Shown: positions 9,559 to 20,237 of the stretch, one piece after another | How the letters are laid out: each line of letters opens with the position of its first letter | Numbering within the stretch: position 1 is the stretch's first letter | IMG/VR virus record: IMGVR_UViG_3300012940_000045 | Span: 1-44,650 of that record | Length of the DNA stretch: 44,650 nucleotides | Strand: one strand, 5' to 3' | Origin: a virus | Taxonomy: Duplodnaviria > Caudoviricetes | Made by a program: the position numbers and the translations under genes | Notes under the pieces: model-generated | Told to the model about the DNA's origin: nothing | The model's database searches: none | The model's input: the letters and a program-made list of their open reading frames with translations, nothing else

Positions 9559-11534
9559 TGTTTGTAATCCCCTCCATATTCACAGCGATCGACAGGATAT
9601 CCGCTCCACTGGCTAAAATTACAGCCAGCGCAAACCGCTTTTCAGGGGCGCTTAAGACCGCCAATTCTTATATCGGTGTCAGCGAAACAGGCCTCGCACG
9701 GCAGGAGCGGATTTTCAGACGATTGACGCCAACAATCGGGGAGACGGGTAAACAGATGCTCCAGTATGCCAAAAGCGCTGCAGTAGCAGGGGGGATACTT
9801 GCCACGGCAAAATTCTCCTTTGACCAGATTACGGCATATGAGGATGCGCTTGCTTCATTCCGGACGATCGTAGCCGATCTTTCGGATCGGCAGTTTATGA
9901 AATTCACGGATGAAATAGCACGTGTTGCCAAAGTTACCAGGAGATCATCCGTAGAGGTTGCCGCATCATTTGAAAACATTGCCGGCTTGAATGCAAAGCT
10001 GGCAGAAACAGCGGATGGCCTGGGAAAGGTATCGGAAGCCAGTATTCTGCTGGCAAAAGCCGGTAGACTGGAGCTTGGAAGCGCGGCTGAAAACCTGGTT
10101 AGTATCATGAACCAGTATAACCTTGGGGCGGAAGCAGCCGATCGGGTAACTAATGTACTTGCGGCAGGCCTGAATGTAGGCGCTGCGCGGATCGATCAGG
10201 CAGCAGAATCCTATAAGAATTTCGGCTCGGTGGCGGCTGCGGCCAATATTACCCTGGAGCAATCGCAGGCGTTGATACAGCTGGTATCACAAAAGGGAAT
10301 ATTAGGTGCAGAAGCCGGTACCAAGCTGAGGGGATCTGTTTTGAAACTGCAGCAGGCCGGCGTGGGATATAAATCCGGGCAATTCCAGATTATTGATGCA
10401 TTGGAAGAAACACAAAAACGACTGGATAAGGTCCGAACAGCAAAAGAGCGGGATGCTATACTGACGAAGATGTTCGGCGCCGAGAACATAACCGCAGGTT
10501 TGATCCTGGTTAATAATATATCCAAGTTCAAAGAATTTACTGATGCAGTAAGTAATACCAGTGCGGCGCAAGCCTCTGCAGCTATCAATTCTAATACTCT
10601 AAGCACGAAGATATCAGAGTTAAAAAACAGGTGGGCCACATATATAACTACCAATAATAAGGCAAATGTTGGTTTAGAAAAACTAAAAAATATTTTAGGG
10701 TTTGTAACTGACAACTTTGATAAAATAGTCTCTGTGGGAATTGATGTTATAAAATTCTTCGCTGCTTGGAAAGGGCTTCTGCTCACTTCAAGAGCAATAT
10801 TATTTGTGTATAATTCCTATTTAGGAATTAATGCCGCCCTTAACGGTGCCTCGGCTTTAGCCGTAGGTGGAAATACAATAGCGTTAGGGGCTTATAACAT
10901 TGCTACGAAGGCTGCGGCCGCAGCTCAATGGTTGTTAAATGCAGCGCTTAATGCGAATCCCATCGGTCTGGTCGTCGTTGCAATAGCTGCCCTGGTCGGT
11001 TTAACCTATGCCATTATTAAGAACTGGAATACCTGGGGTGAAACTGTTACTCTTTTCCTGGGGCCTCTTGGCCTGGTAATAAACCTCATTCAATCTTTCC
11101 GGCGCAATTGGGATATGATCAAAAAATCCTTTAAAGAGGGGGGCATAGTAGGCGGTCTGATAGCTATAGGAAAAACTTTGCTGGACGCTGTGCTTGCCCC
11201 GCTCCAAAAGATATTGGAGATTATCGGGAAGCTTCCGGGTAAGTTCGGAGAACTGGCAAGATCCGGTGCAGCGAGCCTGCAGGCATTCCGCACCAATATG
11301 GGCGTAGTGCTGAAAAATGATGATGGCAATGGAACTGAATCAGAACCTCTTCCTTTACTTAACCCGAAAGCGGTACAGCAGCAATCGATACTTAATACGG
11401 TGCAGACTATAAATAACAATTCCCAGGCGACCATCAATATAAAAGATGAGACAGGCCGGGCCAGTGTAACCAGCAATACAGGCGTTCCAATAACCATGAC
11501 CCCTACAACACAGGGTTACAAACCGCGCAGATAA
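9558..11534 (+). CDS. Tail tape measure protein
   Basis: 658 aa, Ala-rich helical; GAEAGTKLR and LNAALNANPIG motifs. Confidence 0.92.
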   Translation: MFVIPSIFTAIDRISAPLAKITASANRFSGALKTANSYIGVSETGLARQERIFRRLTPTIGETGKQMLQYAKSAAVAGGILATAKFSFDQITAYEDALASFRTIVADLSDRQFMKFTDEIARVAKVTRRSSVEVAASFENIAGLNAKLAETADGLGKVSEASILLAKAGRLELGSAAENLVSIMNQYNLGAEAADRVTNVLAAGLNVGAARIDQAAESYKNFGSVAAAANITLEQSQALIQLVSQKGILGAEAGTKLRGSVLKLQQAGVGYKSGQFQIIDALEETQKRLDKVRTAKERDAILTKMFGAENITAGLILVNNISKFKEFTDAVSNTSAAQASAAINSNTLSTKISELKNRWATYITTNNKANVGLEKLKNILGFVTDNFDKIVSVGIDVIKFFAAWKGLLLTSRAILFVYNSYLGINAALNGASALAVGGNTIALGAYNIATKAAAAAQWLLNAALNANPIGLVVVAIAALVGLTYAIIKNWNTWGETVTLFLGPLGLVINLIQSFRRNWDMIKKSFKEGGIVGGLIAIGKTLLDAVLAPLQKILEIIGKLPGKFGELARSGAASLQAFRTNMGVVLKNDDGNGTESEPLPLLNPKAVQQQSILNTVQTINNNSQATINIKDETGRASVTSNTGVPITMTPTTQGYKPRR

Positions 11535-11992
11535 TGCTTGATCTGAAGCTCATAGAAACATATGACGGCGGGGATTTTGAAATCCTGGGCAGCGATCTGG
11601 CCTCAACAGTAGGTTTGGAGGGGATGATATACCTGGCTCTATTTGGCGGAGATGATTGGTGGGGAAATGATTTGCTGCTCGACCAGGATGAAAGCGCTCC
11701 TTTTAACGCCACCACTGAAAAGGTAATGAGATCAGTGGCATTGAATAGTGCAGGCGCTTTAAAAATAGAAAATGCTATAAAATACGACTTGGCTTTCCTG
11801 ACAAAAAAAATACCTGGTACCGATATATCAGTTGAAACAGAAATAGTATCGCAGGACCGGGTAGACATATATATAAAAATAAACGGGAATCTGTTGTACA
11901 TACAGGTATCATTTGCCGCAACAACCATGGGTAAGGATATGATTGTCCAGTTTGGCGTATTCAGTAAAGAGTTTACAGAACAATTCACATGA
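11534..11992 (+). CDS. Baseplate protein, Mu gp46-like
   Basis: IYLALFGG..WWGN motif; precedes baseplate J. Confidence 0.65.
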   Translation: MLDLKLIETYDGGDFEILGSDLASTVGLEGMIYLALFGGDDWWGNDLLLDQDESAPFNATTEKVMRSVALNSAGALKIENAIKYDLAFLTKKIPGTDISVETEIVSQDRVDIYIKINGNLLYIQVSFAATTMGKDMIVQFGVFSKEFTEQFT

Positions 11993-13167
11993 CGACTATA
12001 CCGAAATTAAAGCAGCTTTTCAATCAGATCATATCTGATCTCCAGGCACAACTGAAGATCACTATACCCTCATTCGGCAAAATATATCTCCGTGCGCTGG
12101 CTGCCAGCCAGGCCGCATTCCTTAAACTGGTGTACCTCGCATTGGGGAAAGTGCAGAAAAACATATTTGTGGACACCGCAGATCCCGTTGCTCTTGGTGG
12201 TACCCTTGAAAGGTTTGGCCTGGTGAAAATCGGACGCAACCCATTCCCGGCTACACAGGGGCAATACGCGGTTACTGTTACCGGGGTTACCGGGGGCGTT
12301 ATTCAGCAAGGGATGACCTTTAAAACAGATGATAACAGCCGGAATCCGGGCATGTTGTTTATCCTGGACAATCAATATATCCTAACAGATACTACAGACG
12401 AAGTTACGCTCCGTGCGCTGACCGCAGGCGTGGGTAGCCGCCTAAGCATAGGCGACACGCTGACTGCTACGGCTCCTATGATCGGCGTGGATTCTCAGGT
12501 AACAGTATCCGGGGAGGTGGTTATTCCCAACGATCCGGAGGATATCGAAGATTACCGCCAGGCCGTAATTGATAGCTACCGTTTAATGCCCCAGGGCGGC
12601 GCACCGGCTGATTACAGGATATGGGGGCGCGAAGCCAGCGGTGTAAGGCAGATATATCCTTACGCTGCCAGCGGCGCACCGGGAGAAATAAATGTATTTG
12701 TAGAGGCTACCCCTATTGATTCAACAGACGGCTTTGGTACGCCAACAACCACAATTCTTAATGATGTTGCGAACCGAATTGAATATGATCCGGAAACCGG
12801 GGAGGGCCGCCGCCCTCTTGGTGTGTTCGCTGTCCATACGCTGCCTGTTGTGGTCAACAAAGTAGCTATCACGATTACAGCATTCGACGGAATTACTGAC
12901 GAAAAAAAGGTAACGATACAGCAAGCATTGGAGGAAATGATCAGTAACATAAGGCCGTTTATCAGCGGAGCGGATGTACTCTCGGAGCGAAACGATAACC
13001 TTAGCACGAATAAAATTATAGCCGGTATCCTGTCAGCTATACCCGGTTCCGTTTTTGGCCCGGTAACTATGACAATACAGGAGGGTGCTGGCACACCCTA
13101 TCCGGAAACGAATAAAACTTTTGATAACGGAAACATACCGGTGTTGCAATCTATAACTTATGTCTGA
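11989..13167 (+). CDS. Baseplate J / Mu gp47-like wedge protein
   Basis: IFVDTAD, EDIEDYRQ and PQGGAPADYRIW motifs. Confidence 0.9.
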   Translation: MTTIPKLKQLFNQIISDLQAQLKITIPSFGKIYLRALAASQAAFLKLVYLALGKVQKNIFVDTADPVALGGTLERFGLVKIGRNPFPATQGQYAVTVTGVTGGVIQQGMTFKTDDNSRNPGMLFILDNQYILTDTTDEVTLRALTAGVGSRLSIGDTLTATAPMIGVDSQVTVSGEVVIPNDPEDIEDYRQAVIDSYRLMPQGGAPADYRIWGREASGVRQIYPYAASGAPGEINVFVEATPIDSTDGFGTPTTTILNDVANRIEYDPETGEGRRPLGVFAVHTLPVVVNKVAITITAFDGITDEKKVTIQQALEEMISNIRPFISGADVLSERNDNLSTNKIIAGILSAIPGSVFGPVTMTIQEGAGTPYPETNKTFDNGNIPVLQSITYV

Positions 13168-13921
13168 TACAAGGGATAAAATATTAAAGTTAGTAAAGCA
13201 GCTGTATCCCAGCGGCCGTGCCTTTTATATGCCATTTGGCGGCGCATCGGAAAAGACACACCGCGCATTGGCAGAAAGCCAGGCCACAGCATATGAAGAC
13301 TGCCTATCCATCCTAAATGACATATTGCCCGACAACGACTATTTCAGTGCGGACGATGCAACAGCGTGGGAGCGGAGACTTGGAATTATATCATCACCTG
13401 GTGTATCTCTGGAAGACAGAAAAAAGGCTATAGCGCTTAAATTAAACTATCCGGTCACGGAGGCGCCGCGCCAGCATTATAAGTATATAGAAAAGCAGCT
13501 ACAAGCAGCGGGGTTTAATGTATGGGTGCATGAAAACAACTTTAGTGGGTCTACTACCACACCGGAGGACTGGCTATCTCCCGAAGAAGCAACATTACAC
13601 GCAGATGATATCCTACACGCAGCAGATACATATCACAGATCACTTTCGTTTATCGGATCGTATCATGCAGATGACATATATCATGCAGATGACCTGCTGC
13701 ACGGTGTAAAATTTGACAACATTGTCGCCAATCATATAGACAGGACTATAGATTCAGAGTTTGTGGTCGGCAGTAATTACCGGTTTACTTTTTATATCGC
13801 CGGAGAAACAATGCCAGACTTTGCCATCGTTAACCCACAACGGGAAAACGAATTGCGGCAGCTCATTTTACAATTAAAACCAGCTCATACAGTAGCATTA
13901 TTATTCATAAACTTTCAATAA
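13160..13921 (+). CDS. Baseplate protein, Mu gp48/DUF2313-like
   Basis: QLYPSGRAF, WERRLGI and LKPAHT motifs. Confidence 0.8.
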   Translation: MSDTRDKILKLVKQLYPSGRAFYMPFGGASEKTHRALAESQATAYEDCLSILNDILPDNDYFSADDATAWERRLGIISSPGVSLEDRKKAIALKLNYPVTEAPRQHYKYIEKQLQAAGFNVWVHENNFSGSTTTPEDWLSPEEATLHADDILHAADTYHRSLSFIGSYHADDIYHADDLLHGVKFDNIVANHIDRTIDSEFVVGSNYRFTFYIAGETMPDFAIVNPQRENELRQLILQLKPAHTVALLFINFQ

Positions 13922-13922
13922 A

Positions 13923-14522
13923 ATGGCTATTAAACTAACAGATAAAACGAACATTATACCGCCTGATGCCAACTATGAGTACGGTAACATACGGAATACT
14001 GCAGGTGCAACACCTGGAACACCAGTGAATGTGCAAACCTATGCAGACTTTCACCAGTTTTTTGAGCGCCTGATGGACGTGGCCGGTGTTACGCATAATG
14101 GGTTGCCGGACAATACAACAAATGGCTACCAGCTTTTTGAAGCATTGGAGAAGTTGGCGGGTGCCGGTGCCTGGGTAACCGGGCCAACGCTTGTATTAAC
14201 TCCCAATACCGGCACCGTAACACCAGGGACAACCATGTATAACCGGTACAAAATTGCTGGCAAAACGTTTACGTGGGAAGTGAACGCAGCGGTTCAGGTA
14301 GCATCAGGAAGTCCTACAATCATAACTATTCCCTTTCCGGCTGCCATAACCGTACCAGGTACCTCATCATCTTTTTATAAGACACGGATAGGCTGGTACA
14401 ATGGCAATTTTATGGCTGTAGAGATCAGGACGGACAGGATCGCCATTTTTAAACAGGACTTTTCAGCGTTTGCCAACTCAATGTACCAATACAATTTCTC
14501 TGTATCATTTGAAATTGATTAA
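13923..14522 (+). CDS. Short tail fibre / fibre-attachment protein
   Basis: Follows gp48-like gene; PGTPV...QLFEAL N-terminal pattern and beta-rich C-terminus. Confidence 0.6.
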   Translation: MAIKLTDKTNIIPPDANYEYGNIRNTAGATPGTPVNVQTYADFHQFFERLMDVAGVTHNGLPDNTTNGYQLFEALEKLAGAGAWVTGPTLVLTPNTGTVTPGTTMYNRYKIAGKTFTWEVNAAVQVASGSPTIITIPFPAAITVPGTSSSFYKTRIGWYNGNFMAVEIRTDRIAIFKQDFSAFANSMYQYNFSVSFEID

Positions 14523-15259
14523 TGAGGTTTAACATCAATAGCGATGCTGTAGTAGCATATACTAATAAGCTGGAAAAGCTTAGCAGATCCGCTTTGCCGG
14601 TAGCTATTCGCGGGGCGCTCAATAATGCTGCCTTTGATGTAAAGAAAAACACTATGCCGGCGAAAGCAAAGGCTGCTTTTACTCAGCGGAAACCTACATT
14701 TTTTAAGGCAAATAGTAAGGTAGAGCCGGCTCAAGGTTTGAAAATGGAATCTATGAAGGCCACGGTTGGCTTTGTACCGAAGGGCGGCAAAGATCAGTCA
14801 GTATCTGACCTCGAACAGCAGGAAAGCGGCGGCAACATTCCGGGCCGGTCGTTCATTACCACCAGGTTTGCCCGTTCAGGTAATGCATGGAATAAAAGTG
14901 TTCGCGCAGCGGCGAGGATCGGCAGGATAAACCGTGTTATAAATACCAGGAAAGCGGGCGTAAAAAACAACCGCAACTCCCGGCAGGCATTTGTAAAAAG
15001 TGCTGTCCATGCAGGCAAGGGGGGCTATGTAATCGGATCAGGCCCGAAAGGAGAAAACACATTGTTTGAGGTGAGATCGATAAAGCGGATTGGCGGCAAC
15101 ACTGTTATAAAGACCTTGCCGATTTACACCTATGAAAAAGGCCGCAATGCCCGTGTTAAGGCAACCGGTTTTATGCGGACATCAAGCCTTGAAAGCGGAG
15201 GCAAAATAGAAAGATTTTTTATCGAACAAGCCAAAAGGCAAATCGACAAATTGAAATGA
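14522..15259 (+). CDS. Basic tail-completion/neck protein (gpZ-like)
   Basis: AIRGALNNAAFDVK, Lys/Arg-rich, in the morphogenesis operon. Confidence 0.5.
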   Translation: MRFNINSDAVVAYTNKLEKLSRSALPVAIRGALNNAAFDVKKNTMPAKAKAAFTQRKPTFFKANSKVEPAQGLKMESMKATVGFVPKGGKDQSVSDLEQQESGGNIPGRSFITTRFARSGNAWNKSVRAAARIGRINRVINTRKAGVKNNRNSRQAFVKSAVHAGKGGYVIGSGPKGENTLFEVRSIKRIGGNTVIKTLPIYTYEKGRNARVKATGFMRTSSLESGGKIERFFIEQAKRQIDKLK

Positions 15260-16488
15260 GCTGGTTAGACCGGATAAATACAGACCTTACAATTACCTGC
15301 GGGGATGGCAAAAGCTATACTCCGCAATGGATCAATGCGAGTAAGGCTGTAGAGTACAATATAGCAGAGTTCGATTTTAAAGAACTGGCAGGCACGTTAG
15401 TGTATCGTGGTCAGCCTCGCGGCCGCCGGTACGCCATAGAGGTAATTTTCCAGGGCGCAGATCACCTGGACAATGCATCTGCATTTGAAACATCTGCCAA
15501 TAACCCGGCTGCCTGGCAGATCGAACATCCGTATTACGGTCAGCTAAGGGTTCAGCCTGCAGGTCTGGTATTCGATAACCAGGATATGAATATTTCCCGA
15601 ATCACCGGCATGCTCATTGAGACGCTTACGCTCAATGGTGCAACGGCTGTATCTGTATCTGCACCAGACAAGATAGCAGCAGACCAGCAAAGCACCAGCG
15701 ATGTTATGGCTACGGTATTTGCCAGTGATGTTCCTGATCTGAAAGTAGTTGATCAAAATGCCTTAAAAAGCAGCAGCCTATCACAATACAAAGCTGTATC
15801 CGCAAAGATCATACAGTCTGCAGATGCCGCAGCGTATTTTAATGCATACAATGAGCTGATTGGCAAGATAAATAATCCTATTTCCGATACGGTCAGCATA
15901 ATCAGGGCTGTACATGCATTTTCTGTGCTGCCTTACCGGTTTAGTGACCTGCTGGTCAACCGGATCAACATGTTTAAGCTGCAGTTTGATATCATATCAA
16001 ACAATCTGGGAAACCTTTTTACTCGCACATCAAAAAAAATATATGAGAACCAGGCTGGTATAATAGTTTCTGGAATGGCCCTCACTTCCGTGACCAATGT
16101 AGGAGATGCGTATGAAACGGTTACAGGGGTGCTGCCGGTAATAGATGCGTTGGTTAATACATATGATCAATATATGACCAACCTGGACAGCCTGCAATCA
16201 CCAAATGGCGGCGACCCGGATAGTTATATACCTGATGCAGACGGTGTGTCGTCGCTGTCGGACCTTATCAGCTTTACAGTGGGCGCATTGCTGGATATAG
16301 CCGTGCAGAGTAAACAGGAGCGATCAATCATTCTGGGGGCAGATAGCAATATTATTCTGCTGGCAAAAAGGTTTTACGGCCTGGATAATGAAGACACAAC
16401 TATTGACAAGTTTATGGCTACGAATAATATCGGTTTAAATGAAATACTTGAAATAAAGAAGGGGAGAAAAATAGTGTATTACATATGA
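15256..16488 (+). CDS. Mu gp43/N-like DNA circularisation / tail protein
   Basis: IEHPYYGQL motif; LysM-like C-terminus. Confidence 0.7.
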   Translation: MSWLDRINTDLTITCGDGKSYTPQWINASKAVEYNIAEFDFKELAGTLVYRGQPRGRRYAIEVIFQGADHLDNASAFETSANNPAAWQIEHPYYGQLRVQPAGLVFDNQDMNISRITGMLIETLTLNGATAVSVSAPDKIAADQQSTSDVMATVFASDVPDLKVVDQNALKSSSLSQYKAVSAKIIQSADAAAYFNAYNELIGKINNPISDTVSIIRAVHAFSVLPYRFSDLLVNRINMFKLQFDIISNNLGNLFTRTSKKIYENQAGIIVSGMALTSVTNVGDAYETVTGVLPVIDALVNTYDQYMTNLDSLQSPNGGDPDSYIPDADGVSSLSDLISFTVGALLDIAVQSKQERSIILGADSNIILLAKRFYGLDNEDTTIDKFMATNNIGLNEILEIKKGRKIVYYI

Positions 16489-17513
16489 TACTGAAGTTGG
16501 GAAACATAAAATTTGATATCTATAACGGAATTAGTGTGACGCTGTCATATGACAGTATAGCGTCTCTGTTCTCTGCTTCCCTGTTCTTTGATCCTTCGAA
16601 TGCTTTGCATAAACAGATTTTCAGGCCGCTACAGTATCTGCCGGCCACAATTGAGCATAATGGCGAAACATTGATCACAGGATATGCCTTATCCCATGGT
16701 TTTGAAAGCGGCGCTATTGATACTATGGTTTCCATTTCCGGCAGCTCCATAACGGGGGTACTTGAAGATTGCGAGATACCAGTAAGCGCATATCCCTTAC
16801 AAAGCAATGGCCTAAATCTAAGGGAGATAGCAGAGAAGGTTTGCGGCGCTTTCAAATTGAAGGCAGTAGTTGATCCGGTTGTATCTGACCGGGTAAATCA
16901 AAAATATACTTCATCAATTGCGAGTGATACCGACAGGGCGAAAGAATATCTCTGTGAGCTGGCAAATCAGAAGAACATTATCATAACCCATGATGAGCAG
17001 GGTAATGTTCTTCTGACCGAAGCGAAAACAAAAGCAGCTCCTATATATGATTTTTCAACAGGTGCGCCTGTGGTACGGGCAAGCTTTCCTATTGACGGAC
17101 AAAAGATGCACAGCAGTATTTCTGTTGTAAAGCAGGCCGCGAAGTCAGGAAAAGGTAATGCCGGACAGGCGGTAGTAAATAATCCTTACTGTCCCGCATA
17201 CAGGCCAAAGGTTATGAGGCAGACCAGTGGGGGCGATGTGGATACTGGTAAAGCTGCTCGGAATGTGCTGTCAGATGAGCTGAAGGCAATGCCTTTAACC
17301 CTGGAACTGGACCGCTGGGAGCTGAACGGGAAGATCATCAGGCCGAACAATATAATTACTATCCAGGATCCGAAACTATTCCTGTATAACAAAACCAAGT
17401 TTTTTATCGAGCAGGTTACGTTTACCGGGAATGAAAAAGAGCAGAAAGCAACGCTCACATGCTACTTACCGGAAGTATATAATAATGAGGTACCCAAAAA
17501 TATATTTGAATGA
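16485..17513 (+). CDS. Baseplate hub, Mu gp44/P-like
   Basis: TGVLEDC, LREIAEKV, DEQGNVLL and IRPNNII motifs. Confidence 0.8.
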   Translation: MILKLGNIKFDIYNGISVTLSYDSIASLFSASLFFDPSNALHKQIFRPLQYLPATIEHNGETLITGYALSHGFESGAIDTMVSISGSSITGVLEDCEIPVSAYPLQSNGLNLREIAEKVCGAFKLKAVVDPVVSDRVNQKYTSSIASDTDRAKEYLCELANQKNIIITHDEQGNVLLTEAKTKAAPIYDFSTGAPVVRASFPIDGQKMHSSISVVKQAAKSGKGNAGQAVVNNPYCPAYRPKVMRQTSGGDVDTGKAARNVLSDELKAMPLTLELDRWELNGKIIRPNNIITIQDPKLFLYNKTKFFIEQVTFTGNEKEQKATLTCYLPEVYNNEVPKNIFE

Positions 17514-18031
17514 ATTTTTTAACGACTGTCAAAGGGGCTGCACTCAAAGCCGGGAATCGCATCATAAAGGTGTTGAGGCTTGGCCTGCATGATGTTCAGG
17601 AGGTATCCGAATCTTCGCCTTTCGGGGTGGATGGCAGCCCTCTTGATTCTATGGTTGCGGTATATGCTGAGACCCTCTCAGGAGAAGACCCTGTAATAAT
17701 CGGTTACCTCAATGCAAACCAGGTGGCCGGGCGGGGAGAAGTACGGCTGTATTCCCTTGGTGGCGGTGGGGATCAAAAATTTTACATCTGGTTAAAGAAT
17801 GATGGTAGCTGTGAGATCGGCGGAAATTCAGATAATATGGTCAGATACTCCAAGTTAGAGCAGGCGTTTAACCAGTTAAGATCAGATTTTAACGAACATG
17901 TGTCAAATTACAACTCCCATATTCATCCAGGTGGTACAATATCAGGAAATACCGGAAATACTGCAAATACATCGACACCATCCGGAGCGGATATTTCACC
18001 AGCAAAGATCGAACAAATAAAAACTTTATAA
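17510..18031 (+). CDS. Baseplate central spike, Mu gp45/P2 gpV-like
   Basis: PFGVDGSP, GEVRLYS and a C-terminal HxH (SHIHPG) metal motif. Confidence 0.78.
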   Translation: MNFLTTVKGAALKAGNRIIKVLRLGLHDVQEVSESSPFGVDGSPLDSMVAVYAETLSGEDPVIIGYLNANQVAGRGEVRLYSLGGGGDQKFYIWLKNDGSCEIGGNSDNMVRYSKLEQAFNQLRSDFNEHVSNYNSHIHPGGTISGNTGNTANTSTPSGADISPAKIEQIKTL

Positions 18032-18033
18032 CC

Positions 18034-18336
18034 ATGTGCATGATATATCAAAGTACAGCAGAATATGTGAACTCAGCACAAAGCCTGCAGGATAAGATAG
18101 CCAGGATTGATGCAGTAATTACTCTGCTATTGGACAATATGGCTGTTGCTGCTGCTGGTAATGCTGAATTTAAAGAGTATTCCCTTGATGACGGACAAAC
18201 GCGCATCAGGGCAGTATATAATACCATTGTTGACATAGAGAGATCAATCTATTCGTTTGAACGCTTGAAGCAGCTATATATAAACCAATTGAACGGACGC
18301 ATCACCAGGTTAATTGACGGAAGGAATTTTAATTAA
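18034..18336 (+). CDS. Head completion / head-tail joining protein (gpW-like)
   Basis: Helix-EYSLDDGQ-helix, immediately before portal. Confidence 0.6.
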   Translation: MCMIYQSTAEYVNSAQSLQDKIARIDAVITLLLDNMAVAAAGNAEFKEYSLDDGQTRIRAVYNTIVDIERSIYSFERLKQLYINQLNGRITRLIDGRNFN

Positions 18337-18346
18337 AACAAGGATC

Positions 18347-19945
18347 ATGAGCAAGAAGAAAGATAAAAAAAGGGTCAAGGTTTCAGCGCCGGCACTTATG
18401 GCATCCTCCCCGGAACCCACTGCTTACAATAATGTATGGTCGGTATCCTTTGACGGGGAAAAGAACATAGGAAACATCGGCCCAATAAAAAAATACATAG
18501 TAGACCATGAAGCGTTACGGCTCAGGTCCTGGCAGCTATTTCTTGAAAGTGAGATATGCCAGCTGGTATTTCAGCGCTCATCAACCTGGGTGATCGGTAG
18601 CGGGTTAAAGTTGCAGGCAGAGCCACAGACAGAGGTACTGGAAAGCGAAGATATAGATCTGGATATTGAGGCTTTTAACAGGCGAATAGAATCCAGATGG
18701 AAAGTTTACACGCGCAGTACTATGGCTGATTACGCGGATATGGTTACTCATGCTGAGATCGCAAAACAGGCCTGGATAAATTCAATAATATCAGGAGATG
18801 TACTCATCGTTAACCGGTACGAAAATGGGCAGGTTACCCAGCAGCTAATTGATGGCTGCCATATTTCTACCCCATTAGTAGGAAACGGCACCCAATTCAA
18901 TGGCTTTGACTTTGTGTCCAGTTTCGGCAATCGTATAAAGCATGGGGTTGAAGTAGATGAGCGCGGAACGCATGTAGCCTATTGGGTGAAAACCGGACTG
19001 ATGAAATATGAGCGTATTATCGCACGTGGGAAATCTGGGCATCTTATGGCCTATATGGTGTATGGTCTGAAGTACCGTCTTGATTCTGTTCGCGGCCTTC
19101 CACTTATAGCCGCTGTTATGGAAACTGCCAGCAAGCTGGAGCGTTATAAAGAGGCGACATTAGGAAGCGCAGAGGAAGCGGCAAAGGTGGCATTTATTAC
19201 GACCCATGGGCCGGCGAGTACTGGGGAAAATCCGGCACTAAAAGGTCTGATGTCTGCTTCCGGATTCAATAAACCAGCATCCGGGGATAACCCCGTTGAT
19301 GTAAATGGGAAGTATGTGCTGAATCAGGTACAGGCTACTTTGGGCAAGCAGTCCATAAACATGCCCATAGATTCAAAGCTGGAGGTACTGGAAAGCGAAA
19401 AGGAAATACACTTTGCTGATTTTTATACACCGAACATCCATTTGGTGTGCGCAACAATAGAAATTCCCCCGGAAGTAGCGCTGCAGAAATATGATAGTAA
19501 TTTCTCATCATCACGGGCCGCGCTGAAAGATTGGGAGCATACGCTACTTACAAAGCGCCATTACTTCGCATTGTCATTTTACCAGCTATTTTACAACCTT
19601 TGGTTAGAGCTTGAGATATTGAATAACAAAGTGCAGGCACCCGGTTACCTTATGGCGCGGCAGTCCGGAAACCGCCTGATTATCGAGGCATACAGGTATG
19701 CACGGTGGATAGGCCCGAACGTTCCGCATATTGATCCTTTAAAAGAGGCCAATGCAGAACGGGTGAAGCTCGGCGCAGCAGGCAAAGACCTCCCGCTGAC
19801 CACTCTGGAAGCATCAACAGAATCTCTGAACGGCGGGGATGCTATAAGTAATATAAGGCAATACGCCAAAGAATTGGAGGAAGCAAAGAAGATGAAAATA
19901 ACGTCCGCACAAAAGCAGACGATAAAAGAAAAAGCCACGGATTAA
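18347..19945 (+). CDS. Portal protein, lambda family
   Basis: HGVEVDERG, VRGLP, NFSSSRAAL and HIDPLKEANA motifs. Confidence 0.9.
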   Translation: MSKKKDKKRVKVSAPALMASSPEPTAYNNVWSVSFDGEKNIGNIGPIKKYIVDHEALRLRSWQLFLESEICQLVFQRSSTWVIGSGLKLQAEPQTEVLESEDIDLDIEAFNRRIESRWKVYTRSTMADYADMVTHAEIAKQAWINSIISGDVLIVNRYENGQVTQQLIDGCHISTPLVGNGTQFNGFDFVSSFGNRIKHGVEVDERGTHVAYWVKTGLMKYERIIARGKSGHLMAYMVYGLKYRLDSVRGLPLIAAVMETASKLERYKEATLGSAEEAAKVAFITTHGPASTGENPALKGLMSASGFNKPASGDNPVDVNGKYVLNQVQATLGKQSINMPIDSKLEVLESEKEIHFADFYTPNIHLVCATIEIPPEVALQKYDSNFSSSRAALKDWEHTLLTKRHYFALSFYQLFYNLWLELEILNNKVQAPGYLMARQSGNRLIIEAYRYARWIGPNVPHIDPLKEANAERVKLGAAGKDLPLTTLEASTESLNGGDAISNIRQYAKELEEAKKMKITSAQKQTIKEKATD

Positions 19946-20124
19946 TCCCGTGGCTTTTTCATATGATCAGGATGATCATCGACTATTTTTTTGAGCTGGG
20001 CCTTTAAGAAATTAGGAGTAGTTATCCCATATGCATCTGCAATATTATCAATTGCCTCCTTTATACTTTCAGAGACATTTCTGATCCGCAGCTCCCCGTT
20101 CCAGGCTTTCTTTTCCTTTGGCAT
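19942..20124 (-). CDS. Small ribbon-helix-helix-like DNA-binding protein
   Basis: 60 aa from ATG 20124: ELRIRNV strand followed by two helices; divergent from the 58-bp element. Confidence 0.65.
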   Translation of the reverse strand: MPKEKKAWNGELRIRNVSESIKEAIDNIADAYGITTPNFLKAQLKKIVDDHPDHMKKPRD

Positions 20125-20179
20125 AATTGAAATGTGTGCATAACAAGTATAACCATTTTTCAATAAAAAAACATCAGCC

Positions 20180-20237
20180 AAAAAATATTTTCCCACTTAG
20201 CGGGACAAAAGTGGGACAAAAGTGGGACATTATTTTT
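20180..20237 (+). promoter_or_regulatory. 58-bp late-operon element, copy 2
   Basis: Identical to 6897-6954. Confidence 0.8.

Noticed and set aside
9668-13094. Long antisense ORFs over the tape measure and baseplate genes
   Set aside because: Shadow frames of well-supported plus-strand genes, with no motifs
13923-14522. Tail fibre (or the spike at 24314-26194) as a DGR target
   Set aside because: No TR-like segment noticed in either gene by eye; a computed alignment should confirm this
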